From contig CAYOYV010000006.1 in NCBI GenBank assembly GCA_964408285.1, forward strand, positions 1 through 11,173: a stretch of DNA of 11,173 bases, written 5' to 3'. Under the pieces are notes generated by a model. The model had not been told where the DNA came from. It did no database searches and saw only the letters and a program-made list of their open reading frames with translations. This DNA comes from an uncultured Nitrososphaerota archaeon (GTDB lineage: Archaea > Thermoproteota > EX4484-205 > JAAOZO01). Each line of letters begins with the position of its first letter. The first letter of the stretch is position 1. The translations under genes were made by a program, and so were the position numbers. Positions 1 through 8,059 of this stretch are shown here, one piece after another.

Positions 1-776
1 GTCATCTTCAACGTGCCGTTCTCGATTTCAAACAGCGGGAAGAATCGCGTTTCAGCGGCAAGTCTTGAGATTGCAATTGTCTGAGATGGGTCGTAGCCCC
101 AGCCAAGCTGACATGGTGCGAGGACGTGAATGAAAGTCGGACCGGCGTAGCTTAGTGCCTTCCTGACCTTGTTGACGTAGTCTCTCTGGTATGCTATTGT
201 GGCGGTTGCTGCGTAGGGGATGTGGTGAGCTGCGACTATTCCGACAAGGTCCTTCTTCCATTCCTGTTTGCCGGGGACGACTTTCCCAGCAGGTGACGTA
301 GTGGTGGAAGCACCCATCGGAGTTGCGCCTGATCTCTGAATTCCCGTATTCATATACCCCTCATTATCGTAGCATATATATAGAAATCTGTGACCTCTTT
401 CGAGTGCACCAGACAGCGCCTGCAATCCGATATCAAAGGTTCCGCCGTCTCCGCCGAGAGCGATCACAGGGGCCCTCTTGTTTCTTCCCTCTTTCTGAAG
501 TTTGTCCAACGTTTCGGCGATTCCGCTGGCAACGGCAGCGGCATTCTCGAATGATACGTGAACCCACGGTACCTTCCAAGCAGTGTATGGATAGATTGTG
601 CTGGCCACTTCCAAACATCCGGTTGGATTCACCACTATGGGCTTCTCCGGAGATGCAAGCATTGTCAATCTAGCCGTTATTCCCGGTCCGCATCCCGCGC
701 ACAGCCTGTGGCCAGACAGAAACAGGTCCTCCTCTGGTAAGTCCGCCAATTTCGTAATGGGCTTGTACTCCGTCAT
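1..776 (-). CDS. porB: Pyruvate/2-oxoacid:ferredoxin oxidoreductase beta subunit (3' end outside the window; not in the ORF track)
   Basis: Manual translation from the ATG at 776, which overlaps the porA stop (TGATG), gives MTEYKPITKLADLPEEDLFLSGHRLCAGCG...TGCLEV...FENAAAVASG...GGDGGTFDIGLQALSGALERGH...YDNEGYMNTGIQRS...HVLAPCQLGWG. It has the TPP-binding GDG..N motif and Fe-S cysteines, and the frame stays open to the window edge. Confidence 0.95.
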   Translation of the reverse strand, partial: MTEYKPITKLADLPEEDLFLSGHRLCAGCGPGITARLTMLASPEKPIVVNPTGCLEVASTIYPYTAWKVPWVHVSFENAAAVASGIAETLDKLQKEGRNKRAPVIALGGDGGTFDIGLQALSGALERGHRFLYICYDNEGYMNTGIQRSGATPMGASTTTSPAGKVVPGKQEWKKDLVGIVAAHHIPYAATATIAYQRDYVNKVRKALSYAGPTFIHVLAPCQLGWGYDPSQTIAISRLAAETRFFPLFEIENGTLKM

Positions 777-1951
777 CAGTCCCTCACCCCCGGAAACCTG
801 ACCCCGACTCGAACCCCCTCTCTGGCGTTCGAAAGCGATACCTTCGCTGCATGCGCTATCATCTCCTTTGTCATCTCCCTCCCACCCAAGCCATAGACGA
901 AATCGTAAAGTGGCACATGACCCCTTCCGTAGATGCTGCTTAGAATGTCGAGGTAGTGCGGGCCTGCTGCCGCCCCGTAACTGATGAACTTCTCCAATAC
1001 CGCGACCGCTTTGGCGTTCTTCACTGTCTCGAAAATCTCTCGTTCGGGCAATGGTCTGAAAAGCGTGAATCCCATCACGCCAGCCTTAATCCCCTCATTT
1101 CTGAGTCGCCTCGCCGTTTCCCTGGCCGTACCGACGGTGCTGCCCATAGCCGCTATGATCACATCGGCATCTTCAGTCATGTAATTCTTGACGGGGGAGT
1201 ATTTCCTGCCAGACAGTTTCTCATAGTCCGCGAATGTTCTCATCACAACGCCATAGGCATTGGTCATGGCCTCATGCTGTTGTCTCTTGAATTCGAAGAA
1301 GGTGTCAGTGAAGCAAAGAGGTCCAAATGTCAGCGGTTCGTCAACGTTGACCTTCAACCTTGGATTAATGATTCCCAAATGACCCTCCACTTCTCTGTCG
1401 TCCAAGACTCTGATTCCTTGAATCGCGTGCGAAATTATGAACCCATCTATGCCGACCATTGCGGGGAGCAATACGGACTTGTCCTCAGCAATCTTGTAGG
1501 CCATCAACGTCATGTCATAGGCCTCTTGACCGTCCTCCGCATAAAGCATCACCCAGCCCAGATCTCTGCTCACAAGGAAATCTGAGTGGTCGTTGTGAAT
1601 GTTGATTGGGGCTGAAAGGGTCCTAGTTGACATTGACATCACGATGGGGAGCCTCAGGCCGGAAGCGATAGGAAGCTCTTCGAACATGAGCGCCAGCCCT
1701 TGGCTCGATGTTGCAGTGAATGTCCTTGCTCCAACTAATGCAGCACCTATCACAGCCGATAGGGCAGAATGCTCCGATTCAACGTTCACGAACTTAGCAT
1801 CCAACTCTCCATTGGCAACATATCTGCTCAAGGTTTCGACAGTGAATGTCTGAGGCGTAATCGGATAGGCCGATATGAAATCAACCTTGGCCTGCTTCAC
1901 AGCATAGGCTATTGCATCGTTTCCCGTCAAACCTATCAGTTTCTGCTCCAT
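776..1951 (-). CDS. porA: Pyruvate/2-oxoacid:ferredoxin oxidoreductase alpha subunit
   Basis: Motifs TGNDAIA, SAYPITPQT, VESEHSALS, TATSSQGLALM and YGLGGRE; GGAGGTG ribosome-binding site upstream. POR versus VOR substrate specificity cannot be settled from sequence. Confidence 0.93.
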   Translation of the reverse strand: MEQKLIGLTGNDAIAYAVKQAKVDFISAYPITPQTFTVETLSRYVANGELDAKFVNVESEHSALSAVIGAALVGARTFTATSSQGLALMFEELPIASGLRLPIVMSMSTRTLSAPINIHNDHSDFLVSRDLGWVMLYAEDGQEAYDMTLMAYKIAEDKSVLLPAMVGIDGFIISHAIQGIRVLDDREVEGHLGIINPRLKVNVDEPLTFGPLCFTDTFFEFKRQQHEAMTNAYGVVMRTFADYEKLSGRKYSPVKNYMTEDADVIIAAMGSTVGTARETARRLRNEGIKAGVMGFTLFRPLPEREIFETVKNAKAVAVLEKFISYGAAAGPHYLDILSSIYGRGHVPLYDFVYGLGGREMTKEMIAHAAKVSLSNAREGVRVGVRFPGVRD

Positions 1952-1957
1952 GTTTCG

Positions 1958-2233
1958 CTACACCTCCTCCTTCTGCATCGAAATCGCCTTCACTGGACAT
2001 TCATTTGCGCATATGCCGCATCCCTTGCAGTAATCATAGTTGATTGATACCTTCGTTCCTTGCCTCGTTATCGCTGAATCCGGACAGAAAGTCCAGCATA
2101 TCAGGCAATCGATGCATTTAGAGTAGTCTATCACTGCCCTTTCGCTTCTCCAGTCGCCGGTCTTGAATTCTAGACTAGTCGCGGCCCTCAGGACAGCCCC
2201 GATCTCCAATTCCTTCCAAGTCTTTGAACTCAT
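1958..2233 (-). CDS. porD: 2-oxoacid:ferredoxin oxidoreductase delta subunit (2x[4Fe-4S])
   Basis: KTGDWR motif plus CIDCLICWTFCP and YDYCKGCGICANECP; ATGA overlap with the porG stop. Confidence 0.95.
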   Translation of the reverse strand: MSSKTWKELEIGAVLRAATSLEFKTGDWRSERAVIDYSKCIDCLICWTFCPDSAITRQGTKVSINYDYCKGCGICANECPVKAISMQKEEV

Positions 2234-2814
2234 ATGATCTTCACCTCATCATAACCTGTCTTCACCGCTGCCACATTTGACTCCAATAGAGTTCCGCTGA
2301 ACCTCTCTGCCAGGGTACTCTGAACGCTCTCCAGTTTCGGGAACCCAAGTGCCTTCATCAGCGCACCAAGCATCGTTGTGTTGTAGATTGGCCTCTGAGT
2401 CTTGAATATCCTATCGGAGACTTCTCTGGCATTCACGATGCACATTTTCGTCCTAGGTAGATTGCCAGCCCTTCTCACATCATCAGGATTTCTGGCTGAA
2501 TTCAGAACTGCAACGCCGTTTTCCCTTAGCCCTCCATATGCAGCGGGAGTAAGGGCGAGGGTCGGATCAATCACAATGACATAGTCCGGATTTGATATTG
2601 GGGAGTGGTCGTCGATGTAGGAGTCAGATATGCGCGTATAGCCTCTCACGGGCGCGCCGCTCCTTTCTGGGCCGAATTCGGGAAATGCTTGCACGAACTT
2701 CTTCTCCTTTAGGCAGGATATTCCGAGGATCTGGTTCACAAGGACAACGCCTTGTCCTCCTCGTCCAAGCCATCGTATTTCAAATAACATCTCTTGGCTC
2801 GACACACCCGACAT
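2230..2814 (-). CDS. porG: 2-oxoacid:ferredoxin oxidoreductase gamma subunit (start is ATG 2814 or ATG 2790)
   Basis: Motifs EIRWLGRGGQG, QAFPEFGPERSGAPV, PDYVIVIDPTL and NTTMLGA. The typical family N-terminus fits ATG 2790 (MLFEIRW). Confidence 0.93.
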   Translation of the reverse strand: MSGVSSQEMLFEIRWLGRGGQGVVLVNQILGISCLKEKKFVQAFPEFGPERSGAPVRGYTRISDSYIDDHSPISNPDYVIVIDPTLALTPAAYGGLRENGVAVLNSARNPDDVRRAGNLPRTKMCIVNAREVSDRIFKTQRPIYNTTMLGALMKALGFPKLESVQSTLAERFSGTLLESNVAAVKTGYDEVKII

Positions 2815-2817
2815 CAA

Positions 2818-2861
2818 CTAGCTAATATAGTTTATCTGATTCGATTTGTCTTAGAGTTACG
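2818..2861. promoter_or_regulatory. Compact divergent promoter region between the por operon and the SPOUT/ribosomal-protein operon
   Basis: AT-rich core CTAATATAGTTTATC. TTTATC at 2831-2836 lies ~26-31 nt upstream of ATG 2862, which has no SD (leaderless geometry). TATATTA lies on the minus strand at 2829-2823. Confidence 0.5.
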
Positions 2862-3734
2862 ATGTCGACTCACGCTTCGGTTCCAAAGAGGCACGCAAAG
2901 ATCACAGTTGCGTTTCCCTCCTCGGTAATATCGAAATCGGAGAACCCTCTTATCGCTTCCATCAGATTGGCAACCATAGCAAGGGCTGCCTCGATTTTCA
3001 GGGTGGAAAGGCTCCTGATTTACCTAGAGGCCAAATCACTAGACGATAGAAGATCACAGGTAGTTGCGCGCACCATTCTGGAATACCTTGCGACCCCACA
3101 GTACCTTAGGAAGAACCTGTTCGAGAAATCGGCGGAATTGAAATATGCTGGCGCCCTGCCTCCTTTGAGAATTCCCAGCCATACGGTTCCAAACAGATTG
3201 CACGAAGTGAAGCCGGGTGACTTTCGAGAAGGCGCAATCCTTGGAAAAGCCCATGGAATCAAAGTAGATGTGGGTCTTGGCGTTCCATTCGACCTCACGA
3301 ATATGGCTAGGGTCCCCAAGGGAAGACATCTACCGGTGAGGATTCTGGATGCAGAACGAAGATTGGCAGAGCCAGTCACCAGAGAGCAACTGCCCTTCTA
3401 CTGGTGTTACGAGGTCGAGGCACCGGAATCCACTCTTTCATCAGTGCTCAGGTCTAGTGCTTCGTCGCTGAAGATAGCAACCTCAAGATCCGGAGAATCG
3501 GTTTGGAAAGTGCTTCCGAACATCGCTCGTCTCTTAGAAGGTAAGGAGGAGGTCCTTTTGGCATTTGGTTCGCCGAGTAAGGGGTTATCGGAGATTCTGG
3601 CTGAGGAAAAGATTAATCTATGGCAATCTTTCGACCTCACGCTGAACGCGGCAGTGGATCAGGGGGTTGCCACCATCAGAACCGAGGAGGCAATCCTCAT
3701 GTCGCTTGCCGTGTTAGGTGATGTAATAAGATAG
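2862..3734 (+). CDS. SPOUT-family RNA methyltransferase (MTH1/DUF171, SPOUT1-like)
   Basis: Motifs IARAASIFRV, LEYLATPQYLRK, LKYAGALPPL, FGSPSKGL and QGVATIRTEEA; position directly upstream of rpl3 as in many archaea. Confidence 0.92.
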   Translation: MSTHASVPKRHAKITVAFPSSVISKSENPLIASIRLATIARAASIFRVERLLIYLEAKSLDDRRSQVVARTILEYLATPQYLRKNLFEKSAELKYAGALPPLRIPSHTVPNRLHEVKPGDFREGAILGKAHGIKVDVGLGVPFDLTNMARVPKGRHLPVRILDAERRLAEPVTREQLPFYWCYEVEAPESTLSSVLRSSASSLKIATSRSGESVWKVLPNIARLLEGKEEVLLAFGSPSKGLSEILAEEKINLWQSFDLTLNAAVDQGVATIRTEEAILMSLAVLGDVIR

Positions 3735-3744
3735 GTGAGGACAG

Positions 3745-4752
3745 GTGGGACACAGGAAACAATCGGCCCCCCGTCGCGGGTCCGTGGCGTTTCTGCCCCG
3801 TAAGAGGGCCAGCTCAATGGTAGCCAGGATTAGATTCTGGCCCACTATAGAGAGTCAACAGCCTAAGCCATTGGGTTTCGCCTGCTACAAGGCCGGTATG
3901 ACGCAAGTAGTCGTTCTGGACAATGCCGAGAACTCGCCGACGAAGGGAAAGGAGATCGTGTTCCCCGTTACCATCTTAGAGGCTCCTCCCCTATTTGTCC
4001 TAGGCGCCAGAGTCTATGGCAATAGTTACAGCGGCAAGACCACGAAATTCGAACTCATGGCGCAAAATCTGCCGACTCACCTCAACAGGAGACTGAAGGG
4101 CATAGACAAGATGGAAAAGGCCCAAACCCCCTCTCTTTCAGCAGACTCGATTTCGCCGGATGATGAGATAAGGCTCATAGTCTGCACTCAACCTCACTTG
4201 GCAGGAATAGGGAATAGGAAGCCCGACATTTTCGAGATAAAGGTTGATGGAGCGCCCATGAACGAGAGGATCCCGTATGTCAATTCCATTCTCGGAAAAG
4301 AACTCAAACCCGAAGACGTATTTCAGGCCGGTTCCTTCGTCGATGCATTCGCCATATCAAAGGGCAAGGGCTGGGCTGGCGTTGTGCAGAGATACGGCGT
4401 GAAGATAATGGATAGGAAAAGCAACAAGACGAGAAGGGGAATTGCAACGATGGGCGCAAAGAGTCCATCCAATGTCATGTTCTATGTGCCTCGTGGCGGA
4501 CAGATGGGCCTCCATAACAGGTTCGTGAGAAATCTCCAGGTCATGAAAATGGGAAAAGGAGAGGAGCAGATCAATCTAAGGGGTGGGTTCATCCGTTATG
4601 GCCTGATCAAGTCGAACTACATTATTCTCAAGGGGACAGTTCCAGGTCCGGCCAAGAGACTGGTGAAACTAAGGGTATCAACCAGAAGGGAGCCAGTGAA
4701 GGAGGCCCCCATCATAACCCATCTCAGTCTGGTCAGTCAACAGGGTGTCTAG
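3745..4752 (+). CDS. rpl3: 50S ribosomal protein uL3
   Basis: Motifs MGHRKQSAPRRGS, YKAGMT, SKGKGWAGVVQRYG, PRGGQMG, GGFIRYG and KGTVPGPAKRL; GTG start preceded by GGTGAGG. Confidence 0.97.
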   Translation: MGHRKQSAPRRGSVAFLPRKRASSMVARIRFWPTIESQQPKPLGFACYKAGMTQVVVLDNAENSPTKGKEIVFPVTILEAPPLFVLGARVYGNSYSGKTTKFELMAQNLPTHLNRRLKGIDKMEKAQTPSLSADSISPDDEIRLIVCTQPHLAGIGNRKPDIFEIKVDGAPMNERIPYVNSILGKELKPEDVFQAGSFVDAFAISKGKGWAGVVQRYGVKIMDRKSNKTRRGIATMGAKSPSNVMFYVPRGGQMGLHNRFVRNLQVMKMGKGEEQINLRGGFIRYGLIKSNYIILKGTVPGPAKRLVKLRVSTRREPVKEAPIITHLSLVSQQGV

Positions 4753-4756
4753 TCAG

Positions 4757-5557
4757 ATGTCCGACGAAATGGCAGTTCTCAACGCGGAGGGAAACGAGGT
4801 CTCTAGGATTCCCAAGCCTTGGTTCATGAAGATAGAGCCGGATCCAGTTGTTGTGAAGAGAGTCTACACTCTCATGTCATCCGGTTGGCATACTCCCCAG
4901 GGCAGGAACCTAATGGCTGGGAAAAGGACAGTTGCGATATCCTGGGGCGTTGATCATGGAATGTCAAGAGTTCCAAGGCTGTCTACAGGAAGGGCTAGGT
5001 TCGCTCCCGGAACGGTCAAGGGGAGACTTGCACATCCTCCTCTTTCCAGCAAAGTTATAGTCAAGAAGGTCAATAGAAAGGAGAAACTTCTGGCCACAGC
5101 ATATGCAATAGCCGCCACTGCCAATAGAGACATTGTAATCCGCAGAGGGCATAGGCTTCCCGAGGGAAGAATCCTTCCAATTATTTTTGATGAATCAGTG
5201 CGCTCAATCGATAAAGCAAAGGACTTCCAGGGATTCCTCGAGAAATTGGGTTTGACTGAAGAGATGAAGAGACTGAAAAAAGGTCTGAAGAGGAGGTCGG
5301 GCCTTCCAGCGAAAAGGGGCAGAGGAAAGAAGAGGAGGGTCGGTCCGCTTGTGGTCGTGAGCGATGGGGGAGGTCTGGTGAAGGCAGCCGGAAATTTCAG
5401 CGGAGTTGACGTAGTCAGGCCCGATGAAGTGTCGCTAAGGGAGTTAGCCCCGAATGGCACGCTGGGAAGGTTGACACTCTGGTCCTCAGATTCCGTTGAT
5501 GCTATTGAGAAGAGGTTGAGCAGTGTTGGAGAAAAAATCCAGGCTTCTATATCCTAA
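4757..5557 (+). CDS. rpl4: 50S ribosomal protein uL4 (ATG 4757 preferred over GTG 4745)
   Basis: Motifs PQGR..MAGKRT, SWG..HGMSRVPR, GRLAHPP, KKVNRKEK and LAP.G..GRLTLWS; GGGTG upstream of ATG 4757. Confidence 0.96.
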   Translation: MSDEMAVLNAEGNEVSRIPKPWFMKIEPDPVVVKRVYTLMSSGWHTPQGRNLMAGKRTVAISWGVDHGMSRVPRLSTGRARFAPGTVKGRLAHPPLSSKVIVKKVNRKEKLLATAYAIAATANRDIVIRRGHRLPEGRILPIIFDESVRSIDKAKDFQGFLEKLGLTEEMKRLKKGLKRRSGLPAKRGRGKKRRVGPLVVVSDGGGLVKAAGNFSGVDVVRPDEVSLRELAPNGTLGRLTLWSSDSVDAIEKRLSSVGEKIQASIS

Positions 5558-5786
5558 AGCGACGGAAAAAACCAGTAGAATCATAGAATTGGAAAACAGG
5601 CTGACATTCGTTGTGTCGGACGATTCAACGAGGGAAGGAATAAAGAAGGAATTCGAGGAAAAGTACGGGGCAAAGGTGAGGCAGGTGAATACCTCTAGGG
5701 GAATGGACGGAAAGAAATTGGCCTACATTAGATTGGAGGAGCCGGGGAAGGCGTCAGAGCTGGCGATGAAGCTCAAGATATTGTAG
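5523..5786 (+). CDS. rpl23: 50S ribosomal protein uL23
   Basis: Motifs YP..TEK, ENRLTFVV, KV..VNT and GKKLAYIRL; lies between rpl4 and rpl2 and overlaps rpl4 by 35 nt. Confidence 0.94.
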   Translation: MLEKKSRLLYPKATEKTSRIIELENRLTFVVSDDSTREGIKKEFEEKYGAKVRQVNTSRGMDGKKLAYIRLEEPGKASELAMKLKIL

Positions 5787-5798
5787 GAGGTGTGTGAT

Positions 5799-6515
5799 AT
5801 GGGAAGACGCCCAATCGTGAGAAGAAGGGGAAGGTCACCAAAATTCATAGCTCCCTCGCACAGAAGGCCCGGGGCATCTAGATATCCAGCTCCCACGGAT
5901 GGAGGAGAACCATACTACAAAGCAGAGGTCATGGACCTCATTCACGACCCAGGAAGGGGATCTCCTCTGGCCCTAGTCAAGGCTGAGAGAGGCGAATTCA
6001 TGACAATCGCCGCTGAGGGTTCCTACGTGGGTCAGGAGATATATATAGGAGAACCAACCGAATCGAAAATCGGTGACATAGTGAAAGTAGGAGTTGTACC
6101 GGAAGGGACAATGATATTCAATCTTGAGAGGAAACCGGGAGATGGAGGTGCCCTTTTCAGGGCGGGAGGGAATTACGCCGTAGTTGTAGGCAGAAATCCA
6201 GACGGAACCATCACGCTGAAGGACTCAACGGGTCGTCTGTTCACCTCAGATCCGAGGTGCCTTACAACTCTAGGCGTCGCGGCCGGAGGAGGAAAGATTG
6301 AGAAACCCTTCTTGAAGGCAGGAAGCAGTTACAAGTTGATGAGGAGCAAGGGAAGGCTATGGCCAATAGTGAGAGGAGTTGCGATGATCTCGGCATATCA
6401 TGTCCACGGTGGCGGTAGGCATCAACATATCGGGGGACCCTCTTCAGTATCCAGGAGAGCGCCGCCCGGGGCTAAAGTCGGGCTTATAGCACCTAAGAGA
6501 ACTGGCAGACGCTAA
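5799..6515 (+). CDS. rpl2: 50S ribosomal protein uL2 (start ATG 5799)
   Basis: Motifs MGRR...RRRGR, HDPGRGSPLA, GGGKIEKPFLKAG, WPIVRGVAM, HGGG and APPGAKVGLIAPKRTG; SD GGAGGTG at 5786-5792. Confidence 0.97.
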   Translation: MGRRPIVRRRGRSPKFIAPSHRRPGASRYPAPTDGGEPYYKAEVMDLIHDPGRGSPLALVKAERGEFMTIAAEGSYVGQEIYIGEPTESKIGDIVKVGVVPEGTMIFNLERKPGDGGALFRAGGNYAVVVGRNPDGTITLKDSTGRLFTSDPRCLTTLGVAAGGGKIEKPFLKAGSSYKLMRSKGRLWPIVRGVAMISAYHVHGGGRHQHIGGPSSVSRRAPPGAKVGLIAPKRTGRR

Positions 6516-6629
6516 GTAACAGCCATGCTGTACAATTCCGATCAGCATCGTATTTCATATGGTTTGCAGTCATCCGAACCCTCTGGATCAACCTCCAGAG
6601 AACCTCTCCAAGCAGGAACTCGGCTTGGG

Positions 6630-7958
6630 ATGGCGTTGGGTCTATCAGGGATGCGCGCATTCACCATCATATGGATTGGTCAGGTACTTTCACTGATGGG
6701 CACGGCGATGACAGGCTTCGCACTTACGATATGGGCTTGGCAATCAACAGGAGAAGCCACGGCATTGGCTCTCGTTGGGTTTTTTGGATTTGCCCCAACA
6801 ATCCTCTTCAGTCCCATTGCCGGTGCGCTAGTTGACCGTTGGAATAGGAAATTGGTGGTAATGCTCGCCGACTTGGGCGCTTGCATAGCAACCATCGCAA
6901 TACTCGTTCTTTACTCAACTGGGAATCTGCAAATCTGGCATCTGTACATCACAGGGGCCTTCGCCTCAGTTTTCCAGTCATTCCATTTTCCGGCCTATTC
7001 TGCGGCCATAACGATGATGTTGCCCAAAGACCAGTATGCAAGGGCAAGCGGAATGATTTCCATGGCTCAGTCTGCCTCAGGCATATTCGCCCCGGTATCA
7101 GCAGCTGCATTAATGGGGATCATTGGCATCTCCGGCATCATGACTATAGATGTCATGACTTGCCTATTCGCTGTTGGAATGGTGCTTCTAGTTAGCATTC
7201 CGAACCCCCCTTCCACCGAAGAAGGGAGAAAAGGTAAGGGAAGCATCTGGACGGAATCCATTTACGGATTTCGTTATATAATCGAACGACCAAGCTTGCT
7301 TGGATTGCAGCTTGTTTTCTTCGCCATCAATTTGACGAGTACGTTTAGCGCCATACTATTTTCACCTATGATCTTGGCACGAACAAAAAACAACCAGGTT
7401 TTGCTTGGACTAGTGCAGTCCGCGGGCGCTGCCGGTGGGCTAATCGGTGGAATCCTACTTACAACGTGGGGCGGTCCTAAACGCAAGGTAAATGGGGTTC
7501 TGATGGGAATGGTTCTGCTTAGCTTACTCGGTGTGTTGTTGACTGGATTGGGTCGCGATGCGTATCTCTGGGCCCTGGCTTCTTTCTTCACCCTCTTGAT
7601 GATTCCCATAATAAATGGTTCGAATCAAGCGATCTGGCAAGCCAAGGTCGTGCCTGATGTTCAAGGGCGTGTTTTTGCTGCGCGGCTACTTATCGCGCAG
7701 ATCTCTGCCCCTGTGGCGATGCTGCTGGGAGGATTCATGGCAGATAACGTGTTTGAGCCTGCTATGTCTCCCGGGGGCACATTGTCCTCAATATTCGGTG
7801 GATTGGTTGGTACAGGACCAGGAGCGGGCATGGCGGTCATGTTTCTTATCACTGGAATACTCGGTGGCCTCATAGGCCTAATCGGATATGCATTCAGGGA
7901 AATACGTGACGCTGAGGATATTCTTCCAGACCACCAACTCGCAAAAGCGGCATCATAG
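6630..7958 (+). CDS. MFS efflux transporter, DHA3/MefA-like (start ATG 6630 or 6651; in-frame ATG also at 6525)
   Basis: About 12 hydrophobic segments; FTIIWIGQVLSLMG, motif A GALVDRWNRK, QAIWQAKV..DVQGRVF and a C-terminal EDILPD. Substrate is unknown. Confidence 0.92.
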   Translation: MALGLSGMRAFTIIWIGQVLSLMGTAMTGFALTIWAWQSTGEATALALVGFFGFAPTILFSPIAGALVDRWNRKLVVMLADLGACIATIAILVLYSTGNLQIWHLYITGAFASVFQSFHFPAYSAAITMMLPKDQYARASGMISMAQSASGIFAPVSAAALMGIIGISGIMTIDVMTCLFAVGMVLLVSIPNPPSTEEGRKGKGSIWTESIYGFRYIIERPSLLGLQLVFFAINLTSTFSAILFSPMILARTKNNQVLLGLVQSAGAAGGLIGGILLTTWGGPKRKVNGVLMGMVLLSLLGVLLTGLGRDAYLWALASFFTLLMIPIINGSNQAIWQAKVVPDVQGRVFAARLLIAQISAPVAMLLGGFMADNVFEPAMSPGGTLSSIFGGLVGTGPGAGMAVMFLITGILGGLIGLIGYAFREIRDAEDILPDHQLAKAAS

Positions 7959-7964
7959 AACGCT

Positions 7965-7981
7965 CCAGTTTGAAAAACTGG
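7965..7981. terminator. Possible hairpin between the convergent MFS and regulator genes
   Basis: CCAGTTT-GAA-AAACTGG, a perfect 7-bp stem starting 7 nt after the MFS stop. There is no long U-tract. Confidence 0.3.
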
Positions 7982-8059
7982 CTTGCTATAACTGCAGACA
8001 TGGTTCTCTGGGCAAAGAGGAGACGACTCGATCTCACGATCGATGTACACGTACAAGCG

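Noticed and set aside
956-1585. Long antisense ORFs (956-1585, 4954-5460, 7661-8056, 8760-9194 and others)
   Set aside because: They are shadows of well-supported genes on the opposite strand and carry no recognisable motifs.
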